IMG/VR virus record: IMGVR_UViG_3300046028_005224 | Span: 27,435-91,434 of that record | Reading direction: 5' to 3' (one strand) | Length of the DNA stretch: 64,000 bases | DNA from: a virus | In this document: positions 46,347 to 56,611 of the stretch, one piece after another | Numbering within the stretch: position 1 is the stretch's first letter | Layout: each line of letters starts with the position of its first letter | Notes under the pieces: generated by a model | Databases searched by the model: none | The model's input: only the letters and a program-made list of their open reading frames with translations | Told to the model about the DNA's origin: nothing | Program-made: the position numbers and the translations under genes

Positions 46347-46531
46347 GGAGATTTGTTTGAACTAAACCTATAATACGAAAAAGACCCACCTTTCGGTGAG
46401 CCCTTGTGACAGTTTTTCAACCGTCCTATTAAGTTTTTAGCTCGCGCCTTTGCTTGACGCATAGCTTGAGGTTTGAGATGGCGCTTCTGCTCCTTGCGAG
46501 AGTGATGTTGCCAGTTTGGAGTGTTAGTCAT
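46280..46531 (-). CDS. Small basic hypothetical protein
   Basis: NWQHHSRKEQKRHLKPQAMR; the 3' part overlaps the next promoter and gene. Confidence 0.5.
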   Translation of the reverse strand: MTNTPNWQHHSRKEQKRHLKPQAMRQAKARAKNLIGRLKNCHKGSPKGGSFSYYRFSSNKSPWLSTTKSKVSLLVCSLLKTSL

Positions 46532-46844
46532 GTTGTCTCCAGTCTTCTGGTTTGTCTTGAGTAAACCATTCCACTATATCATCAACACTACCAAATCCAG
46601 AGATTCCTTTAGATTCGTGTCCAATCTCACCAATATCAAGTTGGTTCAAAAAATCATCCATATCTCCCTCCCGCATCTCTGGATTTGATGCCTTTCTACG
46701 TGCTTGTCTAAGAATCGTTGCTGCACTTCTATTTGATTTTGCTAACTTCTCTGCCCAGATCATGTCTTCTAAACTTACCTCTTCGTCTTCAACGATTTTA
46801 TTACAAATTGCTTCTAAACGAAGTCTGTATTGTGTAGACAGCAT
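46524..46844 (-). CDS. Conserved cyanophage hypothetical protein
   Basis: MLSTQYRLRLE...DWRQHD. Confidence 0.8.
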   Translation of the reverse strand: MLSTQYRLRLEAICNKIVEDEEVSLEDMIWAEKLAKSNRSAATILRQARRKASNPEMREGDMDDFLNQLDIGEIGHESKGISGFGSVDDIVEWFTQDKPEDWRQHD

Positions 46845-46869
46845 ATAGGAATACTATAATTTAAATTAT

Positions 46870-48579
46870 TTAGACTAGGCGGCTAAAGCCTTTTACTTTA
46901 TCAAATTTTATTACGTTCGTAAATTTATCATGCAATTCTGCTTTGTGAGAAATAACAAAAATATTAGCATCTTTAATAACGTAACGAATAATTTTCAAGA
47001 ACTCATCAGTACCAAATCCATCAAGAGAACTATCAAACACTTCATCCATAATTAATAGATTAGTGTTAACCGAGTTTTTAAGTCTGGCTACTTCTCTCCA
47101 AGTGAAAAGAAGAGCCAGATCTATTCTCATTTTTTCTCCTTCACTGAAAGAGGAATACGAAAAGTTTTCGTGAATTGGTGATTTAATTTTTTCATTGAAT
47201 TCTTCATCAAGACTAAAATTAATGTAGAAGTCAAGCATCTGCAGATACTTATTAACCTGTTGATTAATTAGTGGCAGATAATGTTTAATGATCTTAGTCT
47301 TTACCCCACCGTCTTTAAGAAGAAGATAAATGAAGTCGTAGTAACTTAAGGAGTCTTTTTGTTTGGAAAGATTATTTTGAATCTCACCCAAAGATCTCTG
47401 ATATGATTCTAACTTGTCATGTTCAATATTTTGATTTTCAAGTTGTTCGGTAGTCTTTTGAATTTCAGATTGTAATTCTCGAACTTGTTGTTGGTATCCA
47501 GAGATTTTAGTATTGTTGTGAGAAATTTCATGCGTTAAAGATGTTACCTCTTTAGAAAGGGCAATAAATAAACGCTCTCTTTCCTCTTCCTCTTTAATTG
47601 CTTTCTCCAGGTCTTCATAGCCTGTTCGCAACTCCTTCGCTTTATTTTGAGCGTTTGCAATTCTATCTAGGCGAAATCTTTCATCAATATCTTGAGTACA
47701 AGTTGGGCAAACCGTATTCTCTGTAAAAAACTTGTGCTCGTTTGTAATGATTGATACTTTTTGAGAAAGTTTCCCCTTTAAGTTTCCAAGCTTACGAAGC
47801 TTCTCTGTAGGATTAGAAAAGTTTTCCAGGTCTTGTGTTATAGAATTTAATTTTTCTTGAGTAATTTTATTATCAGCAACTGTAACTTCTTCCTGACTAA
47901 GAACATCGTTGATCTTGATCATCTTATCATCAATATCTTTTTGACCAAGTTCTTGAAGTTGTGTGATAAAAGATTGTTGCATGGAAATTTTTTCTTCCAT
48001 GGAATCTTCTTTAAGTTCTAAAATTTTAATTTGATCTTTAGTTGTTTTTAACTTAGTCTTAATAACATCATTCATCGATGAAAATATTTTGATGTCAAGA
48101 AGATCTTCAATAACTTCTCTACGCCCTGCAGCAGGAAGTTGCATAAAGGGTACAAAACTACTAGAACCCAGGACAACGATTTGAGTAAAGGACTTGTAGT
48201 TTAGTTTTAAAATATTCTGTTCTAAATGTTTCTGATCGTCTTTAGAGTCTGCATTCTGAGGAAGCTTTTCAGTGTTTTTATAAATTTCAAATACCGTTGG
48301 CTTCATGCCTCTAACAACTTTATATTCATTGTTAGCGATATTAAATTCAATCTCTACTAAGCAATCCTTATCATTTTGAGAATTGATTAGCTGCGGTTTA
48401 TTAATCTTTCGGAATGGTTTATTAAAAAGACCAAATGTTAAAGCATCAAGAACCGTAGATTTACCAGCACCATTTGTACCAATAATCAACGTGTTTTCAA
48501 ATTCATTTAACTTAATCTCAGTCCAATGATTGCCTGTGCTGAGAAAGTTTTTCCATTTAATCGTCTTGAATGTAATCAT
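46870..48579 (-). CDS. gp46: Recombination endonuclease, SbcC/Rad50-like
   Basis: GTNGAGKS, CPTC hook, FSEGE and DEVFD motifs. Confidence 0.97.
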   Translation of the reverse strand: MITFKTIKWKNFLSTGNHWTEIKLNEFENTLIIGTNGAGKSTVLDALTFGLFNKPFRKINKPQLINSQNDKDCLVEIEFNIANNEYKVVRGMKPTVFEIYKNTEKLPQNADSKDDQKHLEQNILKLNYKSFTQIVVLGSSSFVPFMQLPAAGRREVIEDLLDIKIFSSMNDVIKTKLKTTKDQIKILELKEDSMEEKISMQQSFITQLQELGQKDIDDKMIKINDVLSQEEVTVADNKITQEKLNSITQDLENFSNPTEKLRKLGNLKGKLSQKVSIITNEHKFFTENTVCPTCTQDIDERFRLDRIANAQNKAKELRTGYEDLEKAIKEEEERERLFIALSKEVTSLTHEISHNNTKISGYQQQVRELQSEIQKTTEQLENQNIEHDKLESYQRSLGEIQNNLSKQKDSLSYYDFIYLLLKDGGVKTKIIKHYLPLINQQVNKYLQMLDFYINFSLDEEFNEKIKSPIHENFSYSSFSEGEKMRIDLALLFTWREVARLKNSVNTNLLIMDEVFDSSLDGFGTDEFLKIIRYVIKDANIFVISHKAELHDKFTNVIKFDKVKGFSRLV

Positions 48580-48835
48580 GATAATCAGGGGGAATCAATA
48601 AATCGTCAGAGTCAATAATCAAATAAGTGTAATTGTTTGCTTCGCAAATTTTTATAGTCTTCTTCTCTTCTACTTCGATGACTTCCAACTCTGGATAATC
48701 ATTTGCTTCTAAAAGACCAACATATCTTTCGGCATCATCTTCATCAGAAAATAAATAAAGAACTTTTTGCCCGAATTCATTTTCCACTGCATAGAGACCT
48801 TCACTAACATTGTCTTTTAAAGCTATGACATACAT
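48557..48835 (-). CDS. Conserved hypothetical protein
   Basis: Lies between gp47 and gp46. Confidence 0.8.
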   Translation of the reverse strand: MYVIALKDNVSEGLYAVENEFGQKVLYLFSDEDDAERYVGLLEANDYPELEVIEVEEKKTIKICEANNYTYLIIDSDDLLIPPDYHDYIQDD

Positions 48836-49875
48836 TATCCTACCTCACATGCTTCTCTATAAATTTCCTCTATGTGGTGCATTATTGTTTTTTTGTTTAG
48901 AGAGATATCAGAATCCTCAACATATTTGTTTAGAATTGAAATAGTATCTTCAATTTGAGTAAGGTCTACATCATCAACATCGTTGACTGAAAAATTTTCA
49001 ATTACTTTAACTTCGTGACAATCAGACGCAAGCAACTTATCAAGAAAATGATTGTATTTGGCTTGATTTGTTTTCTTGTCAACAATTAACTTAACATATT
49101 TATTTGCACATTCTCTGAAGTCATACAGCTGATGATTTGTATCGCTGTAATTAATCTTCTTGAAAAGTTCAAATGGATTATTGATTGTAGTTAACTTTAA
49201 AGTTTCAGTATCAAAGATGTGAAATCCTCGATTGTCATCACAATCATTCCAATACATTTGATAGGGATTTCCCAGGTAAAAGATTTTTCCGTTATTAGAT
49301 CTTGTATGATAGTGCCCAGAAAAAACTCTTTTAAATTTAGAGAAGATTTGAGGATCTAGCCCAGTGTCTTGAACCATTCCACGATACATGGAAAACCCAC
49401 TTAACTCTAAATGTCCCATCGCTACTTTTGCTTTGGTACTCTCAATCATTCTCATTGTGAGACTTTCATTTTCTTCGTTAATCCAAGGAATAAAAAGAAT
49501 TTGAAGATCACCAACTACAAGTTCAGTTGGTTCATGAATCTTAGTTACGTTATCATATTTGTTTAGAAGAATATCTGCTGTATTGAATTGATTGGTATTT
49601 TTATAATAAGCGGTATGATTACCAATGACAGTCCAGACATGAACTTTCATCTTTTCCAATCTATCGTAATAATTTTTCTTTGCCCAATCAAGGCTCCATA
49701 AATCAATTACTTTACGACTATCAAAAGTATCTCCAAGATCAAAAACCATAGAGATGTTTTCTTTTTCTAGTGTTGGAAAAAACACTTCATTGTAAAATTT
49801 TTGGAAGTAATCATGGTAAATTTTACTTCCTTTTTTAACGCCAAAATGCTGATCTGTAATAATAGCTACTTTCAT
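48835..49875 (-). CDS. gp47: Recombination endonuclease, SbcD/Mre11-like
   Basis: DQHFG, GDTFD, GNH and SGHYH motifs. Confidence 0.97.
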   Translation of the reverse strand: MKVAIITDQHFGVKKGSKIYHDYFQKFYNEVFFPTLEKENISMVFDLGDTFDSRKVIDLWSLDWAKKNYYDRLEKMKVHVWTVIGNHTAYYKNTNQFNTADILLNKYDNVTKIHEPTELVVGDLQILFIPWINEENESLTMRMIESTKAKVAMGHLELSGFSMYRGMVQDTGLDPQIFSKFKRVFSGHYHTRSNNGKIFYLGNPYQMYWNDCDDNRGFHIFDTETLKLTTINNPFELFKKINYSDTNHQLYDFRECANKYVKLIVDKKTNQAKYNHFLDKLLASDCHEVKVIENFSVNDVDDVDLTQIEDTISILNKYVEDSDISLNKKTIMHHIEEIYREACEVG

Positions 49876-50357
49876 CAGTTATACGTCATTTTTTGATGGA
49901 CATTACTTTTAATAGTATTGTAATCAGAATCACTAGAGTCTAAAATATTTCCATCAGAAACAAACACTTCGTCAAATCCAGATTGCTCTAAAATTTTAGT
50001 TTTAATATCTAGCTGACGCTTTTCTTTTTCAATTCTACGAAGGAATGCATAGTAAATAATTTGAGTAAAGTATGCGAAGGGATTGCCACGATTGATATCA
50101 AAGTTATCAATATACTGAACACAGTTTTCTACACCATCACATATCATGTCTTCACGGAACATGTAGTTGACAAAATTTGGTTTGTATGATAGGTGTGTTG
50201 CAATCTTGAGGAAACACTCACCAATGTATCTTGGGATACGTGGTCTTGGGTCACCTCGATCCTTTGCCTTATTGACTGATGTTTTGAAGTCAGTCAGTGC
50301 CTCAAGGAACTGTTTGTTATTGACGTAGTGTTCTGCATTAGCCCTTCGTTTAGCCAT
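49875..50357 (-). CDS. gp55: Late-transcription sigma factor
   Basis: HYVNNK and NPFAYFTQIIYYAFLRRI motifs. Confidence 0.96.
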   Translation of the reverse strand: MAKRRANAEHYVNNKQFLEALTDFKTSVNKAKDRGDPRPRIPRYIGECFLKIATHLSYKPNFVNYMFREDMICDGVENCVQYIDNFDINRGNPFAYFTQIIYYAFLRRIEKEKRQLDIKTKILEQSGFDEVFVSDGNILDSSDSDYNTIKSNVHQKMTYN

Positions 50358-50401
50358 AATTCGATCCGTTAGTGGTCTTATTCTAACATAAAAAGGGGGA
50401 C

Positions 50402-50430
50402 TTGACAAGACTCCCGAATATGGCTATAAT
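50402..50430 (+). promoter_or_regulatory. Consensus sigma70 promoter, antisense to the late operon
   Basis: TTGACA-17-TATAAT on the plus strand with no plus-strand gene downstream. Confidence 0.75.
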
Positions 50431-50461
50431 ACCTTTGCTAAGGTTGATAAAAATATCTTTA

Positions 50462-50854
50462 TTAATTATTAGAGGATTTATAGAGTTTCTCTAAGTCTTT
50501 TCTGTATTCCTCTAGTTTAGATATGTATCCCATCTTTCTAGTAGGTTTTATCTTACCAGAACCAAACTGTACTTCCTTTACATATTGATCATAGACAGAG
50601 ATTATCTTTTCATCTGTAACCTCACACATTGTAATAACATCATCCATATCAACAAAGTGCATTGTCTCTCCTGCATATTTAATCCAAGGTTCAACACGTA
50701 CAACTGTACCTAATGGAGTATCATGTTCTTTCATAACAATAGGATTATCAAGAATTAAAATGATACCAGTATCTTCATCTGATGCACATACGGAAGAAAT
50801 TACTTCCTCACCTGTTCTTAACTTTATAGATGCTAAGAAATCGTCTTCTATCAT
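50462..50854 (-). CDS. Conserved T4-like protein (Sm-like fold)
   Basis: IKLRTGEEVI...PW; lies between uvsW and gp55. Confidence 0.8.
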   Translation of the reverse strand: MIEDDFLASIKLRTGEEVISSVCASDEDTGIILILDNPIVMKEHDTPLGTVVRVEPWIKYAGETMHFVDMDDVITMCEVTDEKIISVYDQYVKEVQFGSGKIKPTRKMGYISKLEEYRKDLEKLYKSSNN

Positions 50855-52314
50855 TTTTTCATACTAACTGTAACAATTTCATAATTAAATGATTCTTCAT
50901 TATAAATTTTAATTCTTTCCATAAGATGATTAAGAGTATAGTTTCTTAGATTTTTTGTTGAAATGTCATCAGAGATATCATAAAGAACAGCTTTTTCTTT
51001 TTGATTTCCTTTTCTTAATACTCTACCAATACTTTGAAGATTTCTGATTCTTGATTTGGATGGTGAGGCAAAGATAACATTGTGAAGGTTTTTGATGTTG
51101 ATACCTGTACTGAATGTTCCGTAAGAAGCAATGATTATTGCATTGTTTTCAAGCTCTGTAATCTTTCTTACTTCCTCACGTTCCTCAGCATCAACACCAC
51201 CATAAACAAAAAATACTTTACGATCATTTGTTACGCTACTATTTATTATGTCATAAATGACCCGTCCATGAGTGTTGACCCTACTATAGAGAATCAAGGT
51301 ATTACCTTTTAAATCAAGGCTTAAATTTTTAATAAAATTATTTCTTTTAGAATGGGAAATCAAATATTGAATTTCATCTTCATAAGTGTTAAACTTTTGA
51401 GCCTCATGCTTAAGCAATAAAATTTTAATGTCAAGTTTTGATATATGTCCTTTATCAATTAACTCCTTTGTCTTGGTTACCTTGTATGAAGGTCCAAATA
51501 AACCTTCTAAAATCCACTTATGTGTTTGTGTTCCATCCAATGTTCCAGTAAAACCAAAACGATATTTACAATCTAAAAGTTTGGTCATGATGTCAACCAA
51601 AGATTTTGATTTAAACAAATGTGCTTCGTCACCAATAACAACATCAAAACCTGAATACCAATTTTTCTCCAACTTGTAGATAGATTGCCAAGTTGTAATT
51701 GTTATTGGCATTTCATTGCTTTTTTCTCTTCCTGAATAAATTTTATGACAATAATTTTCAACATCCCAACCATAGTCTTGGAAATCCTTGTACATTTGTT
51801 CAACGAGAGAAGTTGTTGGAACAACAATAAGAATTGACATTCCCTTTTCAGCATAATATCTGACAACGGAATAAATCATTAAAGATTTACCAGATGCTGT
51901 GGGTGAAATTAAAAGACCTCTGTTGTATCTTAGAGCCCTGTAGACTGCATCCAGTTGATAATCCCTGGGAGGATACTTTGAAATCTTTTTCATGTAATCC
52001 GTGACACCTTCACGAGATATCATGTCATTAATTTCAAATGGCACTCCATAAAATTTGCTATCACGAAACTCATAAGTATAATTTAATTTTTCACAAAATG
52101 CTATAACTTTATCTAATAGTCCAACATAAATTTCTCCTGTATGTGTGGAGAACAATCGTATTTTTCCATCCCAAAATCTTCTACGATATTGGGGCATGAA
52201 TTTTGCGTTAGGTACTTCAAAGGTAAATCTATCTGAAAGTTCTTGTAATACGTGTGGTTCTGATTGGATCTTTAGATAGACTTCATTCTTTTTAGAGATA
52301 ACTAAGTGACTCAT
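50851..52314 (-). CDS. uvsW: SF2 helicase UvsW
   Basis: PTASGKS, DEAH and QSIGRVLR motifs. Confidence 0.96.
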   Translation of the reverse strand: MSHLVISKKNEVYLKIQSEPHVLQELSDRFTFEVPNAKFMPQYRRRFWDGKIRLFSTHTGEIYVGLLDKVIAFCEKLNYTYEFRDSKFYGVPFEINDMISREGVTDYMKKISKYPPRDYQLDAVYRALRYNRGLLISPTASGKSLMIYSVVRYYAEKGMSILIVVPTTSLVEQMYKDFQDYGWDVENYCHKIYSGREKSNEMPITITTWQSIYKLEKNWYSGFDVVIGDEAHLFKSKSLVDIMTKLLDCKYRFGFTGTLDGTQTHKWILEGLFGPSYKVTKTKELIDKGHISKLDIKILLLKHEAQKFNTYEDEIQYLISHSKRNNFIKNLSLDLKGNTLILYSRVNTHGRVIYDIINSSVTNDRKVFFVYGGVDAEEREEVRKITELENNAIIIASYGTFSTGINIKNLHNVIFASPSKSRIRNLQSIGRVLRKGNQKEKAVLYDISDDISTKNLRNYTLNHLMERIKIYNEESFNYEIVTVSMKK

Positions 52315-52745
52315 CAACTATAACCAGCAGTAAATTTTTGAAATTCGATGGCATTCTTAATTTGATAGGTTCTATTAAGAATTACTTTAAGAATGTCTTC
52401 AATATAATTTATCATAGTTTCATAAAGCTCAGTTTTCAGTTTCATGTCAGTAAGTTTTTTATCTGCATCTAGATAACGAACCATACTTTCTTTATCACGA
52501 ACTTTAAAAGGAAAAGGTTCCACGGTATAAACTTCAGGATCTGCTTTGCCACTGTAATATTCATGTCGATCTTTTTTAACGACACTCATGTCATAGTAAT
52601 TTTTCTTACTTAGTAATTTTAAATTGTTATAAATTTTGAAATATTTTGCATGTAATTGTGGAATCTTTAAAGATTCTAAATGTAAATTATCAGGATCAAT
52701 AACAGAGTCGGTTTCCCACATATCCTGAATTTCATCAAGGGTCAT
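52314..52745 (-). CDS. uvsY: Recombination mediator UvsY
   Basis: IPQLHAKY, YYSGKA and IKNAIE motifs. Confidence 0.93.
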   Translation of the reverse strand: MTLDEIQDMWETDSVIDPDNLHLESLKIPQLHAKYFKIYNNLKLLSKKNYYDMSVVKKDRHEYYSGKADPEVYTVEPFPFKVRDKESMVRYLDADKKLTDMKLKTELYETMINYIEDILKVILNRTYQIKNAIEFQKFTAGYS

Positions 52746-53296
52746 AAAATAGCTCCACCAATGGTTTTCATTTGAAAGATTGTGTATTTGAATGTGACAG
52801 TTGCACTAAAATAACTGTAGTCAGTGTTTGTAGCATCAAATTCTAATGTGGTTAAAGATACTGGAAATAGATCTTTAAACTTAACTTGAAACTTTGGTTG
52901 ATAGTTACTATTTAAAATTTGAAGTACACCATCAGAATACTGGTTGTACATATCTTTGCTGCTGTCCGCAGGGTAGTATCTATCTTCTAACCTTAATTCA
53001 TTAAACTGACTTACATTTTCTGGATATCCTAAGGCAACCATCCAGTCATAAATGGCTAGATAATTTTCCATGTTCTCATCAACAATAAAAGTCAAACTTA
53101 AATCGTCATACTCTAGTTTGTCACCAGGAACAGGAATATCTTTTAAGTATGTAGGTTGAACGGCTACTCCTAATGTAATGCCAGGGATATTTGCTTTATT
53201 GCTAAAGAAATCTACCTTGGGATATTTTGATAAAATAAACTTAAACCCAATAGGAGATAAGAAATTTCTATTGGCAATTTGATTTGGAAATGCCAT
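52742..53296 (-). CDS. gp3: Tail tube terminator/completion protein
   Basis: NFLSPIGF, PGDKL and FKDLFPVSL motifs. Confidence 0.9.
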   Translation of the reverse strand: MAFPNQIANRNFLSPIGFKFILSKYPKVDFFSNKANIPGITLGVAVQPTYLKDIPVPGDKLEYDDLSLTFIVDENMENYLAIYDWMVALGYPENVSQFNELRLEDRYYPADSSKDMYNQYSDGVLQILNSNYQPKFQVKFKDLFPVSLTTLEFDATNTDYSYFSATVTFKYTIFQMKTIGGAIL

Positions 53297-53325
53297 TATT
53301 AATCAGGACTTTTAAATATTTAGAT

Positions 53326-53351
53326 AAAAAAAGACCCCCTTGCGGGGGTCT
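53326..53351 (-). terminator. Terminator after gp23
   Basis: AGACCCCC-GCAA-GGGGGTCT-TTTTT. Confidence 0.9.
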
Positions 53352-53370
53352 GAGTGAATCGGAGAGTGAC

Positions 53371-54771
53371 TCACATGAGGTTGGTAACCTGTACTCTTCT
53401 GTAGTAACGGTTGGCGTTAACACGAAGAGCGCCTGAGCCTTGGTTAGTACCCTCAGCGAATGGGTTTGCAACCATTCCATAACGGGTCTTGAAGCCAATC
53501 TTAGGCTGGAAGGTGTCCTGACCAACGGCACGAACCATTTGGAGAGGAACGTATGGGCAATAGAAGAGACCAGCATCATAAGGATTCTGACCCTTATAGC
53601 CGATAACGTAGTACTGCTGAGCAGAAACGTTAGCCGAATATGGATCGATATAAACCTTATACTTACCGTTGATAACACCAGCGAAGGTGTTACCAGTGTC
53701 ATCAACATTAAGACCTACGTTGAGGGCAGGGGTGTAATCAAGTACACCAGCCATGGTGAGAGCAGACGCAACATCAGCAGAGCAGATGATGGTGTTGCCC
53801 TTTCCTCTACGAGTTCTTTGAGCGATAGCGTTAGCATCACGCTCTAACTGGAAGAGAAGACCTTTGAACTTCTCAACTGACCAACGACCGTTGGAGTCAA
53901 CGTCGAGGTCGAAATAGCCTGCGGTAGCAGTGTTGGTCTGAGCACCAGCTTCAGCGATCTTGTAGATGGTTCTAACAACTTCTCTGTTGATTTCAGCGAG
54001 GATTTCAGTTGAGAGGATGTTAGCAAGCTCAGCTTCAGCATCAAGACCGTGGATAGCCTTGAGGTCTTGTGCAAGCTCTAAGCTGTACTCAGCCTTGAGT
54101 GCTCTTGACTTTGCAGCAACGGTGACTTTCTCGATCGAGAATGCCATTTCTGCGAAAGTGTTTGTTCCGCTATCACCGAGAGCTTCAGACTCTCCAGTAG
54201 CCATGCCACCACCGACGTTGTAATCGGTTGAACCAATACCAGCAACAACACCGATGTCATTGAGGATTGCAGGGTTGGAACCACGCTGAGTGGTTGTACC
54301 GATACCAGCATTAGCATCAGCGAAACCAGCACTAAGGGTCTGCTGCTTGTTCTGACCCGAGAATGCGGTATCAGCTTCGTTGAAGAATGCTTCGGTTCCA
54401 GACTGGTTAGCGTAACGGGTTCTCATCGCAAAGATAAGACCAGTTGGGCCAGTCATAGGCTGAACGCCACAGATATCATAAGCGATAAGCTGAGGCATTG
54501 AACGGCGAATGAGGCTGATTAAAACGGGGTCGAAACCAGCAACAGGACCAGTTGCAGCAGCAGTACCATAAGTACCACCACCAAAACCGCCAGTGCCTGC
54601 TGACATGGTTGGTGAAGCCTCTGTGAGCATACGTTCAGAGCGTAAGAATTGCTCTTGGTTTTCTAGCAAGATTGCGGTAACGCTCTTCTTGTATGAATCC
54701 TTGATGGAATCAAGACCTTCACAGTTTAGAAGAGGAGCCCACTTTTCTTGCAAATGTTGTGAGTTGTACAT
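53371..54771 (-). CDS. gp23: Major capsid protein
   Basis: KWAPLL, GVQPMTGPTGLIFA and KIGFKTRYG motifs. Confidence 0.98.
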   Translation of the reverse strand: MYNSQHLQEKWAPLLNCEGLDSIKDSYKKSVTAILLENQEQFLRSERMLTEASPTMSAGTGGFGGGTYGTAAATGPVAGFDPVLISLIRRSMPQLIAYDICGVQPMTGPTGLIFAMRTRYANQSGTEAFFNEADTAFSGQNKQQTLSAGFADANAGIGTTTQRGSNPAILNDIGVVAGIGSTDYNVGGGMATGESEALGDSGTNTFAEMAFSIEKVTVAAKSRALKAEYSLELAQDLKAIHGLDAEAELANILSTEILAEINREVVRTIYKIAEAGAQTNTATAGYFDLDVDSNGRWSVEKFKGLLFQLERDANAIAQRTRRGKGNTIICSADVASALTMAGVLDYTPALNVGLNVDDTGNTFAGVINGKYKVYIDPYSANVSAQQYYVIGYKGQNPYDAGLFYCPYVPLQMVRAVGQDTFQPKIGFKTRYGMVANPFAEGTNQGSGALRVNANRYYRRVQVTNLM

Positions 54772-54822
54772 TTGCGTGTTTTCTCCTGTCTTGGAAAAAG
54801 TGTTTACTTTATAATATTAAAA

Positions 54823-55911
54823 TCACTTAGAAAATTTTGAAATAGCCTGTAGATAGGCATTCATTGATTCGGAAACAACTTCCGAGTCACTGCCTAGCAT
54901 TTCATCTTCTCTTTCTGGAGTAACTGGATTTCTTGGGAAGTATGACTCCCTTAATGCTTCCAGTTTCTCACGATAGTCTTCTTCACTTACGAACTCAACA
55001 CTTTCAGCCAGACTTGCGAGCTTGCTCTTCTGGGTCTCAGCGAGACCTCTTGAGACATCATAGAGAATTCCATCTGATACGGATTCGCTAAGTCTTTGGT
55101 TTAACTGAATATTTCTTTCGATTTGCTCGTTGAGTCTTGATTCCATGTCATCAAGTTTTGCGACCATGCTCTCAAGCACATTGTATTTATCTTCAGGGAT
55201 TGATACATAATGTTCTTCAAAAAGACCCTTGAGGTTTGTCATGAATGACTCCGCAAGTTGAGCCTTGATGCCAGTCTCAACTTGAAGAGCATTCTCCTCA
55301 AGCCATTCACCAGCAACATACTCAAGGTATGAGTCTACTCTTTCGGTTAATTGTGCTTCAATAGCAGCAACATTTTCCTCAAGAGCAGCTTCATAACGCT
55401 TCTGAATAATTTCAGCAGCTTCATCTACTTTTGATCTTAGTGCAGCTTCAAAAACAAGAGCTGCTCTTTCCTTAAATTCTTCGGAGAGATCTTCGTCACC
55501 AAAAATGGCTTTCACATCCTCTTCAACGTTAAACTCAAGTTCTGCTTCTTCTTCAGCTTCTTCTTCTACAGTTTCTTCCGCAGCAACTTCTTCTTGCTCA
55601 AGAGCTTCTTCTTCAGAAACAACTTCTTGATCTTCTTCAACTTCAACTTCTTCAGCTCTAGCTGCTTTAGCATTAACTACATCTCTAACGGTTTTCACGT
55701 TTTGAGTAGCTAATTTAGAAGAATCGTCAGTTGAACGATAGTTGAAAGGGGTTGGGCCACCTAAGTCGGTGATTGATTGCCCAGGAACACCAGCAACAAA
55801 TTCTCCATTTGAGGGCATTGGTTCAGCAGGCTTAGCACCAGCATTAACCGCAGTCTTTGATTGCTTGGCTTGTGACGTTAATTCCATTTCTTGTAAATTA
55901 CCAGCAGACAT
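54823..55911 (-). CDS. gp22: Prohead core scaffolding protein
   Basis: Acidic coiled coil, VDSYLEYV..EW; synteny. Confidence 0.93.
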   Translation of the reverse strand: MSAGNLQEMELTSQAKQSKTAVNAGAKPAEPMPSNGEFVAGVPGQSITDLGGPTPFNYRSTDDSSKLATQNVKTVRDVVNAKAARAEEVEVEEDQEVVSEEEALEQEEVAAEETVEEEAEEEAELEFNVEEDVKAIFGDEDLSEEFKERAALVFEAALRSKVDEAAEIIQKRYEAALEENVAAIEAQLTERVDSYLEYVAGEWLEENALQVETGIKAQLAESFMTNLKGLFEEHYVSIPEDKYNVLESMVAKLDDMESRLNEQIERNIQLNQRLSESVSDGILYDVSRGLAETQKSKLASLAESVEFVSEEDYREKLEALRESYFPRNPVTPEREDEMLGSDSEVVSESMNAYLQAISKFSK

Positions 55912-55962
55912 TGTACTCTCCGAATAAAATTGATTATCTTTATTCTAATATTTATTTATAAA

Positions 55963-56607
55963 TTATAGATTTCTCAAGTACTCATTGAATACTTTGAGAA
56001 GACGCTCTTCGCGGATTTTTTTATCGATTGTTGGTGTTAATGAATTAATTTGCTGTAAAGTTTTTTCAGCTAAAACTCCATTATTCCAAATCCACTCCTT
56101 ACCTTCCATAATACCTTGAACAAATGCATCAGGTGCGGAAGGATCTGCTACAATATCAGCAGCAGTTGAAAGCATAAAATCATCACCAACATACTTGATA
56201 CCATTACGCTCAACAAGAGATCCAATACCTCTTGAAGAAACACCAAGCTTCACTCCTTCATCAAGAAGTGACTTAGCAATGTTACCCATTGGAGTGTCGA
56301 GGATTTTTGCTTTACCAATAAAATTATTTCCTTCTGCTTTTAGACTTGTGATCATGTGTGATGCACGATCTAAATTTACCGTTGGCCCATCGGGATGACC
56401 AAGTTCTCCAAGTGCTCTTCCTTCTTTAATATACTTTTGGGTATACTTTGCAACTTCTCTCTCAAGAATTGGGAAGGGATAGCAACGACCATTGCGGTTT
56501 GTAATTTCTGCTTGAAGAAAAGGCCCTGTAATATAAAGACTGGTTTTACCATTCTTTTCTTCGGTGAGAACTTGAATATTCTCGATTTGCTCTGTAATTA
56601 GTTTCAT
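55963..56607 (-). CDS. gp21: Prohead protease
   Basis: GELGHP, GVSSRG and DIVADPSAP motifs. Confidence 0.97.
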   Translation of the reverse strand: MKLITEQIENIQVLTEEKNGKTSLYITGPFLQAEITNRNGRCYPFPILEREVAKYTQKYIKEGRALGELGHPDGPTVNLDRASHMITSLKAEGNNFIGKAKILDTPMGNIAKSLLDEGVKLGVSSRGIGSLVERNGIKYVGDDFMLSTAADIVADPSAPDAFVQGIMEGKEWIWNNGVLAEKTLQQINSLTPTIDKKIREERLLKVFNEYLRNL

Positions 56608-56611
56608 TGTT

